A DNA stretch of 63,517 bases, the filler included, from Octopus bimaculoides (taxonomy: Eukaryota): the NCBI RefSeq assembly GCF_001194135.2. It is 6 parts of 6 records of this genome, joined end to end, with 100 filler letters (N's around TTAATTAATTAA, not from the genome) between each part and the next. Parts side by side here need not be neighbours in the genome. Positions count along the whole stretch, not along the records: positions 1 to 31,097 come from NC_068981.1; 5 more parts are not named here. The stretch is one strand, 5' to 3'. A program made the translations under genes and the position numbers. Each line of letters starts with the position of its first letter. Position 1 is the first letter of the stretch. The notes beneath the pieces are model-generated. The model was not told the DNA's origin and searched no databases. It saw only the letters and a list, made by a program, of their open reading frames with translations. This document shows, one piece after another, positions 13,170-25,679 of the stretch.

Positions 13170-13395
13170 CTTTATTCCCCACAGGGGGATAAACATAGAG
13201 AGGACAAACAAGGACAGACAAAGGGATTAAGTCAATTACATCAACCCCAGTGCATAACTGGTATTTATTTTAATTGACCCCAAAAGGATGAAAAGGTAAG
13301 TCGACCTCGGCAGAATTTGAACTCAGAACGTAATGGTAGATGAAATACTGCTAAGCATTTTGCCCAGCGTGCTAACAATTCTGCCAGCTTGTTGC
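13170..13395 (-). mobile_element. tRNA-derived SINE, family B
   Basis: Minus strand ...agctggcagaattgttagcac...ttctgagttcaaattctgccgaggtcgactt. Further copies at about 6030-6190, 8470-9160 (three), 22420-22600, 29560-29760, 29990-30180, 44290-44462. Confidence 0.75.
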
Positions 13396-13627
13396 CCTGC
13401 AAAATGAAACTATAACACATACACACACACACACATGCGTGCATGCACACACTCACACACACACACAAATAGATAGATAGATAGATAGATAGATAAATAG
13501 GTAGGTAGGTAGGCAGATAGATAGATAGACAGATAGTTATAAATATAAATGTGTGTATGTGAATGAGTGTGTCTGCGCATGAGTGTGTGTAATGTATACA
13601 CGTGTTTGAGCATACACACACACATAT

Positions 13628-14075
13628 GTGTAGACATTCGAGTGAGATCGTTGCCAGTGCCGCTGGACTGACTCCTGGCTTGTGAAGACCTGTTGGGGCA
13701 AGCGAAAGTGAAATCGTGATGACACCTGTGCCCAGCGTTGCCTTCCTGGCACTTGTGCCGGTGGCATGTGTAAAGACATTTGAATGAGATCGCGCAAGTG
13801 CCGCTGGACTGGCTCCTGTGCAGGTGGCACGTAAAATACACCATTTTGAGCGTGGCCGTTGCCAGTACCACCTGACTGGCCTTCGTGCCTGTGGCACGTA
13901 AAAGCACCCACTACACTTCGGAGTGGTTGGCGTTAGGAAGGGCATCCAGCTGTAGAAACTCTGCCAAATCAGATTGGAGCCTGGTGTAGCCATCCGGTTC
14001 GCCAGTCCTCAGTCAAATCGTCCAACCCATGCTAGCATGGAAAGCGGATGTTAAGCGATGATGATGATGATGATG
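13628..14075 (+). mobile_element. RTE 3' UTR fragment with (GAT)n tail
   Basis: Near-identical to the reverse complement of 16497-16900. Confidence 0.85.
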
Positions 14076-14184
14076 TGTGTGTGTGTGNNNNNNNNNNNNN
14101 NNNNNNNNNNNNNNNNNNNNNNNNNNNNNNNNNNNNNNNNNNNNNNNNNNNNNNNNNNNNNNNNNNNNNNNNNNNNNNNNNNNN

Positions 14185-14230
<46 letters not shown>

Positions 14231-14388
14231 GATATATGCAAATACATCTATACACACACACACTCATACAGATGCTCATTCACATATACAGATTTGTATC
14301 TATAACTATCTACTTATATATCTATCTATCTATCTAATTATCAATTTGTCTGTATGTATGTATGTATGTATGTATGTATGTATGTATC

Positions 14389-14419
<31 letters not shown>

Positions 14420-14913
14420 CTGTGTGTGTGGGGGATGGAGGGGGGTATAAAAGTGTAAGATAGAACACTCATTGCATGCAATGGATTTTATTTATTCATT
14501 CATCTCATTACTGCATAGATTATCTTGCTTTGTCTGATCCTTTGAGCATTAGAAATATTTTTTTTTCCTTACATTTTATTCTAAGCATTGACAGGTAATG
14601 GCCATACCCTTCTCATGTTCTCTCAAACTGGTAAAATTTATGCAGTTCAGCTTGAATTTCCATAGGTTGATGTTTATAGAGAAAATGTAGGCATCAGGGC
14701 AATTCCTGAGGGTTTCAATTCTTGGAATATAGATTTCAGTGGAGTGCTTTAGTGCGAGGTACACAGAATAAGATATAGTACAGATTATGAGATAAGGAGA
14801 AAAATGCAACAAAGTATTTTTGTGAAGAGCTGGTGCACTGTTTGGTTCCTCAGAGAAGCAGAAGCAACCATAGTAGTATTAGATGCAACACTGAAAAAAT
14901 ACTGCAGTTAGAC

Positions 14914-15500
14914 ACAGGAGTGGCTGTGTGGTAAGTAGCTTGCTTATCCACTACATGGTTCCAGATTCAGTCCCACTGCATGACACCTTGGGCAAGTGTC
15001 TTCTACTATAGCCTCAGGCCGACTGAAGCCTTGTGAGTGAATTTGGTAGATGGAAACTGAAAGAAGCCTGTCATATATATATATATTTATTTATATTAAG
15101 GGCATTACTATACATAAATGCCTCATGCTAGGAGGGACTCTAAAAGTCAAACTACCATGGTAGTTTGACATTAATATAAATAAATATATTTATAGGGAAT
15201 AATTAATAAATTTTTCCCTTATGAGGTTTTTTTCATGCTAACTACTTGATAAATTCTTATAAAGATTTTATCCTATATTTTAAATTATATATATATATAT
15301 ATATGTATGTATGTGTGTGTCTGTGTTTGTCCCCCCACCATTGCTTGACAACTGATGTTGGTGTGTTTACATCCCTGTAACTTAGCAGTTCAGTCAAAGA
15401 CACCGATAGAATAAGAATGAGGCTTACAAAGTATAAGTCCTGGGATTGGTTTGTTCGACCATGGTCACAGCCAAATGACTGAAACAAATAAAATAATAAA
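14914..15500 (+). mobile_element. SINE family A, split by AT-rich sequence
   Basis: Head half at 14914-15075 and tail half at 15310-15500. Confidence 0.75.
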
Positions 15501-16039
15501 AGAATTAGTGAGTTAGTAGCTGTAGTGTTTTGGTGAGTAACAGTTTGTCAATGCCAGGTGTTCCCTTAAGTTTTTTTTACCTGGATGCTATCTAAAATAT
15601 TCTTGAGTGTAGCAGCTGCTTTTTCACAGAAACATGAGTAGTATTTTAATCTAATGTGGGTAATACTTGTACCCTGAAGGGGATCAACAGCTGATCAGAG
15701 CTGAAATAGTTTTTGGCCTTGAAAAGAGGATTTAGATTTTTGCAATGAAGTCTCGGCTAATTTTTAGGTTATTATTAAAGATAAGATTGTGAAACCATGC
15801 ATTTGTAAAATTTGTGTTAGCTTTATTTGTGTGTTGCTCATGAATAAGAAATATTTAATGATGTTAGTCAGTTTCTTTGATAAGTGAAATGATTGTGTTT
15901 TAGTTTTGAAGGATACCAGGTCATCCTGACCACATTACAGGATGTTTATGATTCTTTTATTCATATAATGGTTCCAGTCATAGGGCTTCAGCCATGCTGG
16001 AGCACCACCTTAATTACTTTTCTTTCAGTTTCATTGTCA

Positions 16040-16215
16040 CTTAATGGCTAGAATTTGACCCATGATTGAGCTTGTAGCATTTGATCTGCTCTGAGTGTAT
16101 CCTTGAATGCTTGACTGATCCAGTATTGTTGTTAGGTGTTTATCCAATGCTTTTCTGAAGGTTTCAGTAGAGGTCTCTTCTAGATTTCTGATTCCTTTAG
16201 GTCAGCAGATGAACA
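16040..16215 (-). mobile_element. CR1/L2-like LINE C-terminal relic
   Basis: Minus translation PKGIRNLEETSTETFRKALDKHLTTILDQSSIQGYTQSRSNATSSI resembles the P..IRN.....FK..LD..L..I.D.P...GY...R...NSI terminus of such LINEs. Confidence 0.45.
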
Positions 16216-16487
16216 ATTGAGAACCTCTAAATATCAGATTAGAAAAAGAGAATGTTTTTGCTCATGATTTCGAAGGTGTTCTTAGAGACCTAAAGCAAAA
16301 GCTAACCAGATTATGCATGAATGATGTGTGTGGATGTTATGGAAACACATGTGCTATAAATCACAATGTATACAAACGAATGAAGAAGATTCTATGTGGT
16401 CATTTATACAGCTAAATATAGCAACAAAATTTCCCTTAATCAACATTGTATTGTCTTAGTTAAAGCAGCCATTGTGTAATGTAGTCT

Positions 16488-18118
16488 TCATCATCATCAT
16501 CATCATCGTTTAACGTCCGCTTTCCATGCTAGCATGGGTTGGACGATTTGATTGAGGACTAGTGAAACCAGATGGCTACACCAGGCTCCAATCTGATTTG
16601 GCAGAGTTTCTACAGCTGGATGCCCTTCCTAACGCCAACCACTCTGAGAGTGTAGTGGGTACTTTTACGTGCCACCGGCACAAAGCCCAGTCTGGTGGTA
16701 CTGGCAACGGCCATGCTCAAAATGGTGTATTTTACGTGCCACCTGCACAGGAGCCAGTCTAGCGGCACTGGCAACGATCTTGCTCGAATGTCTTTACATG
16801 TGCCACCAGCATAAGTGTCAGGAAGGCGACGCTGGGCACAGGTGCCATCACGATTTCGCTTTTGCTTGCCCCAACAGGTCTTCGCAAGCTGAGTTTCATG
16901 TCCAATGAAGGAGACGACGTTGGCATGGGTGCCAGTTGTCGAATTTAGTTCGATTTCAATTTCACTTGCCTCAACAGGTCTTTGCAAGCGGAGTTTAGTG
17001 TCCAATGGATGAAGGTACGCATAAGTGGGCTGGCTACACCCCTGGCAGAGGACTTGGATTTAAGTCTCACTTGGCTTGCCGGGTCTTCTTACGCACAACA
17101 TATTTTCAAAGGTCTCGGTCAGAAGTCATTGTCTCGGTGAAGCCCAATGTTCGAAGGTCGTGCCTCACCACCTAATCCCAGGTCTTCCTGAGCCTACCTC
17201 TTCTACAGGTTCCCTCAACTGCTAGGGTGTGGCACTTTTTCACACAGCTATCCTCATCCATTCTCACTACATGACCATACCAGTGCAATCGTCTCTCTTG
17301 CACACCACAACTGATGTTTCTTAGGTTCAACTTTTCTCTCACGGTACTTACACTCTGTCTAGTATGCACACTGACATTACACATCCATCGGAGCATACTG
17401 GCTTCATTCCTTGCGAGCCTACACATGTCCTCAGCAGTCTCAGCCCATTTTTCACTGCCATGAAGCATGGCTGTTCGTACACATGCATCATACAGNNNNN
17501 NNNNNNNNNNNNNNNNNNNNNNNNNNNNNNNNNNNNNNNNNNNNNNNNNNNNNNNNNNNNNNNNNNNNNNNNNNNNNNNNNNNNNNNNNNNNNNNNNNNN
17601 NNNNNNNNNNNNNNNNNNNNNNNNNNNNNNNNNNNNNNNNNNNNNNNNNNNNNNNNNNNNNNNNNNNNNNNNNNNNNNNNNNNNNNNNNNNNNNNNNNNN
17701 NNNNNNNNNNNNNNNNNNNNNNNNNNNNNNNNNNNNNNNNNNNNNNNNNNNNNNNNNNNCACATTTTCAGTGTTTATTGCGCCTGAACATCTGCCACATA
17801 CAAAAACTAACTTCCTAGTTAACCTTCCTTTGATATTGCTGCACCTCTTATATGTCCATAGCTTGCACTGGGTACATCTTATATAGTTTCTACCTATGCC
17901 TTTTCTACAGATCGAGCAGGGCCATCTACCTGAAGGGGTTTGTGTTTTGTCTACCTTCCTACTTATTAGAGTCAACCTAGCTAAAACCTTTGGTTTTAGC
18001 TAGGTTGACTCTAAGGCCCTTCGATTCTAGTGCTTGCTTCCACACCTGAAACTTCTCCTCTAGTTCTGATAGTGACTCAGCAATTAGTGCAAGGTCATCA
18101 GCATAGAGGAGCTCCCAG
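16488..18118 (-). mobile_element. RTE-clade LINE, 5'-truncated: RT C-terminal half, PHD-like finger, 3' UTR and (GAT)n tail
   Basis: LLYADDL...GLRVNLAKTK, WPCSICRKG..C..C, LYDACVR..MLHGSE.W, RRLHWYGHV.RM, GR.RKTW; 3' UTR ends in gttaaacgatgatgatg. Confidence 0.9.
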
Positions 18119-18623
18119 TTGTCAAATGATGTTGGGAGGACAAACACAGATCCAGAAACATATACACAGTCATACATACATACATATATGTGTATGTGTG
18201 TGTGTGTATGTGTGTATGACAGTCTTCTTTCAGTTTCCGTCTACCAAATCCACTTACAAGACTTTGGTTGACCCTGTGGTTGGGATGCAAGCCTCTTACC
18301 ACACAGCCACTCCTGCTCCTATGTAAATATATAATTTAATACCATTTAAACTCAGCACCATATGACTCAACATTTTGTGGGTATGGAGGAGAAACCCATG
18401 TCATCAGATATCTAAAGAATCTATGAATATATAAATGTGTGTGTGTGTGTGTGTAACTATGCACACGTGCATCTAGTTTTGATGATGGGTGTTTGATTTC
18501 TTTCTGTAATTTGATTTACACTTAAGGAGCGGTAATTTGTATTTTCAGGCATTTTTGCTGCTAACCGTAATAAGTCAGTCCTTATTCACTGGTACCTATG
18601 TAGTTAGTAGTAATTAGGTAGTT

Positions 18624-18735
18624 CTCTCTCTCTCTCTCCCTCTTTCTCTCTCTCCCTCTTTCTCTCTCTCCCTCTTTCTCTCTCTCCCTCTTTCTCTCTC
18701 TCCCTCTTTCTCTCTCTCCCTCTTTCTCTCTCTCC
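18624..18735 (+). repeat. 16-bp unit (tctttctctctctccc) CT minisatellite
   Basis: Exact tandem copies running into a gap. Confidence 0.9.
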
Positions 18736-20473
18736 NNNNNNNNNNNNNNNNNNNNNNNNNNNNNNNNNNNNNNNNNNNNNNNNNNNNNNNNNNNNNNNNN
18801 NNNNNNNNNNNNNNNNNNNNNNNNNNNNNNNNNNNNNNNNNNNNNNNNNNNNNNNNNNNNNNNNNNNNNNNNNNNNNNNNNNNNNNNNNNNNNNNNNNNN
18901 NNNNNNNNNNNNNNNNNNNNNNNNNNNNNNNNNNNNNNNNNNNNNNNNNNNNNNNNNNNNNNNNNNNNNNNNNNNNNNNNNNNNNNNNNNNNNNNNNNNN
19001 NNNNNNNNNNNNNNNNNNNNNNNNNNNNNNNNNNNNNNNNNNNNNNNNNNNNNNNNNNNNNNNNNNNNNNNNNNNNNNNNNNNNNNNNNNNNNNNNNNNN
19101 NNNNNNNNNNNNNNNNNNNNNNNNNNNNNNNNNNNNNNNNNNNNNNNNNNNNNNNNNNNNNNNNNNNNNNNNNNNNNNNNNNNNNNNNNNNNNNNNNNNN
19201 NNNNNNNNNNNNNNNNNNNNNNNNNNNNNNNNNNNNNNNNNNNNNNNNNNNNNNNNNNNNNNNNNNNNNNNNNNNNNNNNNNNNNNNNNNNNNNNNNNNN
19301 NNNNNNNNNNNNNNNNNNNNNNNNNNNNNNNNNNNNNNNNNNNNNNNNNNNNNNNNNNNNNNNNNNNNNNNNNNNNNNNNNNNNNNNNNNNNNNNNNNNN
19401 NNNNNNNNNNNNNNNNNNNNNNNNNNNNNNNNNNNNNNNNNNNNNNNNNNNNNNNNNNNNNNNNNNNNNNNNNNNNNNNNNNNNNNNNNNNNNNNNNNNN
19501 NNNNNNNNNNNNNNNNNNNNNNNNNNNNNNNNNNNNNNNNNNNNNNNNNNNNNNNNNNNNNNNNNNNNNNNNNNNNNNNNNNNNNNNNNNNNATATATAT
19601 ATATATATATATATAAATATATAGTTTTAATATATATATATACATATATTTGTGTGTGTGTGTGTTTGTGTCTGTGCTTGTCCCTCACCACGGCCACTTG
19701 ACAACCAGTGTTGGTGTGTTTACATCCCTGTAGCTTGGTGGTTCGGCACAAGAGACCAATAGAATAAGTACGAGGTTAAAAAGAAACACAACTTCCGGAG
19801 TTGATTCATTTGACTATAAGGATCTTCAAGGTGGTGCTCCAGCATGGTCACAGTCCAAAGAGTGAATCAAGTAAAAGACAAAAGATAATGATTACTGAGT
19901 CCCATCATTGTTAAAAGCTGATTTATAAGAAAAATTATGAATGTTCCAGAACGTTCCGTTTGCATTCTGGTGCAAATATAGAAATAAATCTTTGATGTCA
20001 GCCGACAATTTTTCACAGTCACCACAAGATGTGATTTCAGTGTTTGATATTATCGTACTAGCAAATATAATATGCCGACTAAAAACAAGGCCTTAACTAG
20101 TCAATGATGGCAAAATTATAAGACCCTGGGAGAGATCTGTTGTAGTTTTCAATGATTTGAACACCAGTTTCATAGATTGAGAAACTTAGTGAGAACCAAT
20201 CATTACCCCAGTTTCCAAAGTGAGAAGCACTTCTCAAATTTTTGGTTTAACAGCTAATGAATAAAGGTTTCTTCAAATTTTGGAAATGGTGAGTTGCAAC
20301 AATTGAACTTCATGATGTTTGGGGCTTTTGAGCAAGTATGGTGTATACTTGCAATCCAAATATGCACATAGATTCAAGCACATGTACTAATGTGTGTGTG
20401 TGTGTGTGTGTATTCACATATGTATATTTATACATACACACAGTCATAGGCACACATATCCATCCATCCATAT

Positions 20474-20548
<75 letters not shown>

Positions 20549-20635
20549 CACACACACACACATCAGCCACCATATCTGATCTCTAAATGCACAAGTTTTT
20601 TTTTTTATTGTCTCTCTGTTTATTTTCTCTTATTC

Positions 20636-20671
20636 CTTTCTGTTGAAAAGTGTAGGCTTGAAATGCAAAAG
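20636..20671 (+). ncRNA. Degenerate minimal hammerhead-like motif in a non-coding repeat
   Basis: cttt CTGTTGA a aagt gtag gctt GAAA tgc a aaag: helix I cttt/aaag, 4-bp stem II, core has A6>U, helix III decayed. Confidence 0.35.
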
Positions 20672-20781
20672 ACTTTCTCACTTTCCCAAGCGTCAAACTA
20701 ATACACCTGCTTGTTGTTCATACACCTGTCTTCATCTTTTGTTTTTCTGTAAATTTCAACTATATACATATGCATATATAT

Positions 20782-20826
20782 TCATGTCTGTTGACAGGAA
20801 GCAAGCTGAAACTTTAAAGTCAATGA
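20782..20826 (+). ncRNA. Second degenerate hammerhead-like motif, tandem with the previous one
   Basis: tcatgt CTGTTGA caggaagcaagct GAAA ctttaaag TC aatga: palindromic helix III ACTTTAAAGT, GUC cleavage triplet, helix I tcat(g)t/aatga; stem II poor and core A6>U. Confidence 0.35.
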
Positions 20827-21420
20827 CAATCTTTTTCCAGTGAAAATTCATTAAACCGATCTGTTTGTCTGTATTTATGCCTGTATAATTGTGTGTATAT
20901 ATATAATATATCTATGCCTATGTATACAACACACACACATGCACACGCACGCACACACACACAATATACACACACAATACACATAATACAAAATCGCACA
21001 TTTAACTCACCAGAAGGTATAGAGTAAAACCAAGTCATTATTGAATGTTCCTTATATAGAAATGTAATTTTTTTGTCATAACATTTATCGTTTAGTGATA
21101 TTAATGTCAATTTATCACAATTCCCTTCATTTTCTTCAACCTTTTAGCATAGGAAACAATAATTCTAATATCATTTCTGTTAGTTTGCATTCAAATGCAC
21201 AGCTATAAGCCAATTAGAAACATTTTAAAGGTCATAATCAAGTGGTTACCATTTTCAGTTTGCGTATGTGCTATGAATTTAAGGAGGAACTAAATGGCTT
21301 TTTGTTTATTTGACTGTTTAAATAATGTTTTAGGAATAATATTTGCATCATCTCTTGATCTTTAGTTATTTCATCTGTGGAATTTTTATTTTTAATTTAT
21401 TTTATATATTGAATTTTCAG

Positions 21421-21543
21421 AATAATAGCATTGTCATTGGTTTATAGATTTCCAATGGTGAAATCAATGATTTACTACATTTACAATTGCGAGAATGATC
21501 AGGAAGTATCTGTGAAACTTGAATGGAATAAATACTACATAAG
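21421..21543 (+). CDS. Candidate internal exon, unknown product
   Basis: T-rich tract + ttttcag| acceptor and AG|gtactt donor; 123 nt, symmetrical phase 2-2, open frame IIALSLVYRFPMVKSMIYYIYNCENDQEVSVKLEWNKYYIR. No recognised homology. Confidence 0.22.
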
Positions 21544-21798
21544 GTACTTGCTTATCCTTTTCTATTGGACTTTCCTCTGTCTCCTGTTTATGAAGAAGAG
21601 CTTTAACTCGAAACATAAAACCTCCTTTCTTTCCTTGACAACCGATGTTGGTGTGTTTACATCCCTGCGACTTAGTGGTTTGGCAAAAGAGACCAATAGA
21701 ATAAGTACTAGGCTTACAAAGAATAAGTCCCAGGTCGATTTGTTTGACTTCAGGCGGTGCGCCAGCATGGCCACAGTCAAATGACTGAAACAAATAAA

Positions 21799-21840
<42 letters not shown>

Positions 21841-22349
21841 GAGAGAGATACATAGATACATACATATACATATATGTGCATATATATGTGTATATATGTA
21901 TATNNNNNNNNNNTATATATATATAAACTTGGTATCATAGAAGAAGTATCACTAAGCCACCATACAGCTGGGACAATTATTGATATGAAATAGTTTTCTA
22001 TTCTAAATGAAGGCTAAATTTAACACTTGCTATCACTGTTCTATTAGTGTGTTTGCACAATGAAAACAAAAAATTGAGCTGTCAGCATTATGTCAACTGA
22101 AAGTTTTATTGATTTTTAAACCTAATAAAAATTATGTGTCATCTATTTATACGACTAACTCCTTTATCAAAGAATTCATTTTGGAATTATTTTTAGTATA
22201 TTTCTCTCTCATCGATAATATATTTTCAGAATCTTGAAGCCAAGATCAAGACATTGCAATATTTATTGACTGCTTCATTGTAATTTTAAAAGAGATGACG
22301 ATAATGATGATCATTGTCGTTGTCGTCATTGTCATCATCGTCATCATCG

Positions 22350-22382
<33 letters not shown>

Positions 22383-23053
22383 CATGATGGGGTGACTGAT
22401 CATGATGGTAATTATTTTTAACATAGGCTCAAGGCCAGAGATTTGTGGAGAGGTGGGGGTTGATGAATTAAACAGGCCTCAGAACATGACTGGTACTGTA
22501 TTTTATTGACCCCCACCCATGGAAAGTTGAAAGGTCAAGTTAACCTAGGCGAAATTGGAACTCAGAATGTGAAAGAAAGCTAGAAAAAATACCACAGGTT
22601 ACTAGGTTATTCTTTTATTCTTTTACTCTTTTACTCGTTTCAGTCATTTGACTGTGGCCATGCTGGAGCACCGCCTTTAGTCGAGCAAATCAACCCCAGG
22701 ACTTATTCTTTGTAAGCTTAGTACTTATTCTATATCGTCCCTTTTCCTGAACCACTTGTTAGATGACAGATGACCATTCTGCAATTTGTTGCTGAACAAC
22801 CGGTTGCTTTGTTTACAGTGATCAAATGTTTTTGTTCATAGAAGCTCTTTCCTCCCCACATCAAATCGACATTCAATGTACCAGTGCACAACTGTGCCAC
22901 ATGTCAGATGTCGAAATGACCATGGAGCAAAAATGAAATGAAGTGTTTTGTTCAAGAACACAATGCACCAACTGGTCTGGGAATCCAAACCCCACGATCT
23001 TGCAACCATGAGTGCAACAGCCTAACTGCTAGGCCATACACTCTCATATATGC

Positions 23054-23100
<47 letters not shown>

Positions 23101-23559
23101 GTATATAATTGGCACTCCATCGGTTATTATGACAAGGATTCCAACTGATCCAATCAATGGAACAGTCTGCTCATGAAATTAACCTGCAAGTGGCTGAATA
23201 CTCCACAGAAACGTGTATCCTTAATGTAGTTGTCAGGGAGATTCAACATGACACAGAATATGATAAGGCTGGCCCTTTGAAATACAGGTAGAACTCATTT
23301 TTGCCAACTGAGTGGAATGGAGCAGCATGAAATGAAGTGTCTTGCTCAAGGAGCCAATGCTCCACTGGGAATTGAACTTATGACTCTTCAATTGTGTGTA
23401 GGGTACCCTAACCACTATACCACACACCTTTACATACACATACACCTTTACACACACATACACCTTTACACACACGCACACACTTTTACACACACACCTT
23501 TAAACACACATATAACTTTACACACACGCACACCTTTACACCCCCCCCCNNNNNNNNNN

Positions 23560-25282
23560 TAATCTTTCAAAATATATAATGCCATCGCCTGACCCTTAGA
23601 GGACCTTTAGTGAAGTCCACCCATTTGTAAGGGTTTGCCAGATCAGGTGTTTGGTTTGAGAATATCATCCTCCTATTTCCTATCCACTGATCTTGGAAAG
23701 GTCAGGAGTACTGCCTTCCTTCCAGACTTGAAGATAAAAGATGTGTGTGTGTGTGAGAGAGAATGTGTGTGTGCATGTGCATATGTGTATGAGATAATGA
23801 GAGAACATGAGAATGAGAGAATGTGTGTGTGAGTTTGTGTGTGTGTGTGTGTGAGTGTGTGAGTATGTGTGACTGTGAGGGTATATGTATGAATGTGTGT
23901 GTGTATGTGTGAACGAATGTGTGTGTGTGAGAGAGAGAAGTGTGTATGTGCCTCTGTGTGTGTGTGAATATTTGTATGTATGAGAGAAAGAGAGTGAGTG
24001 AGTGAGTGTGTGTATGTGTGTGAGTCTGTGAGAATGTGTGCACGGGTGATTGTATTGTGCGAATGAATGTGTATGAGAAGGAAGTGTGTATGTGCCTCTG
24101 TATGTGTGTGTGTGTGTGTATGCATGANNNNNNNNNNNNNNNNNNNNNNNNNNNNNNNNNNNNNNNNNNNNNNNNNNNNNNNNNNNNNNNNNNNNNNNNN
24201 NNNNNNNNNNNNNNNNNNNNNNNNNNNNNNNNNNNNNNNNNNNNNNNNNNNNNNNNNNNNNNNNNNNNNNNNNNNNNNNNNNNNNNNNNNNNNNNNNNNN
24301 NNNNNNNNNNNNNNNNNNNNNNNNNNNNNNNNNNNNNNNNNNNNNNNNNNNNNNNNNNNNNNNNNNNNNNNNNNNNNNNNNNNNNNNNNNNNNNNNNNNN
24401 NNNNNNNNNNNNNNNNNNNNNNNNNNNNNNNNNNNNNNNNNNNNNNNNNNNNNNNNNNNNNNNNNNNNNNNNNTGAGAGAGAGTGAGTGAGAGAGAGTAT
24501 ATGTGTATGCGTGTGTTTGTGCAAGTGTGTGAATGTAAGAACGTGTACATGTGTGGGCGTATGTATGAGAATGTATGTATGTATGTATGTATGTATGTAT
24601 GTATATATATGTATATATGTATGTATGCATGTATGTATGCATGTATGTATGTATGTGTATGTATATATGTATATATGTATGTATGTATGCATGCATGCAT
24701 GTATGTGTGTATGCATGTATGTATCTATGTATGTGTGTATGTATGTATGTATGTATGTGTGTATGTATGTATGTGTGTATGTATGTATGCATGCATGTAT
24801 ATACAATAAGAATCGTACCAATTGTCAGCCTGTCATTATTGAACCAATGAATGAAGCAGTGAAAAAATCACCTTATTCGTTTTTATATTTTTAATCACCT
24901 TTTCTTGTTATTATGAAGACTTTGGACATCGTTGTTTGTTTCAATTTGTCTGTATACATGTGTGTATTTATGTGTGTGCATGTTATATACGAGTGTGTGT
25001 GTGTTAGTGACACACTGACCCTGTATATACAACTCCCCACCATGAAAGCCTGTATAGATAGTGATTGATGTATTCATTTCATTCACTGGAAATTTATTCT
25101 CAAATCATAATCATCCGATATCTCCTGTTACCATTTCTGATGTGTTACTGCTTATGAATTACTTATCATATAGTTAAATAGTTGGTGCATAAAAATGACT
25201 TGTACTTTAGTGTCTGAAGTACACCCCACCTACCAACCCATAATATATACACATAATATATATGTGTAAGCCCACCCATAAT

Positions 25283-25347
<65 letters not shown>

Positions 25348-25672
25348 CACACGTGTGTGTGTGTATGTATATGTATATACATATATATAGATTATATCAT
25401 ACACACAACACACACATACGCACATATATCATTGCTCTTATGTTAAACTGTCGTATGTCCACAGACACATATACCCTTAATGGAGTTGTCAGGGAAATTC
25501 AGCATGACACAAAATGTATTCGTTTTTGTTCCCTGTGGTCTGAGTTCAAATCCTGCCTTGGTCTACATCTGGAGTAGAGCTAATCTTTCAAAATATATAA
25601 TGCCATCGCCTGACCCTTAGAGGACCTTTAATGAAGTCCACCCATTTGTAAGGGTTTGTCAGATCAGGTGTT
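23560..25672 (+). repeat. About 93-bp direct repeat (23560-23652 and 25581-25673)
   Basis: taatctttcaaaatatataatgccatcg...agatcaggtgttt occurs twice with 2 substitutions. Confidence 0.85.
23740..24805 (+). repeat. Degenerate (TG)n/(TATG)n tract
   Basis: Direct reading. Confidence 0.9.
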
Positions 25673-25679
25673 TAACTAT

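Larger units (their letters stand above)
20595..20850 (+). mobile_element. Short non-autonomous repeat carrying hammerhead-like motifs (probably Penelope-derived)
   Basis: A homologous segment occurs inverted at about 61890-62100. No ORF; two hammerhead-like cores about 150 bp apart. Confidence 0.4.

Noticed and set aside
25590-25672. Hammerhead in the 93-bp PLE-flanking repeat (minus: CTGACAA accc...gggt GGAC ttcattaaag GTC)
   Set aside because: Suggestive stems, but both cores are broken, helix I is not adjacent to the cleavage site and the second copy is worse (CTGGCAA).
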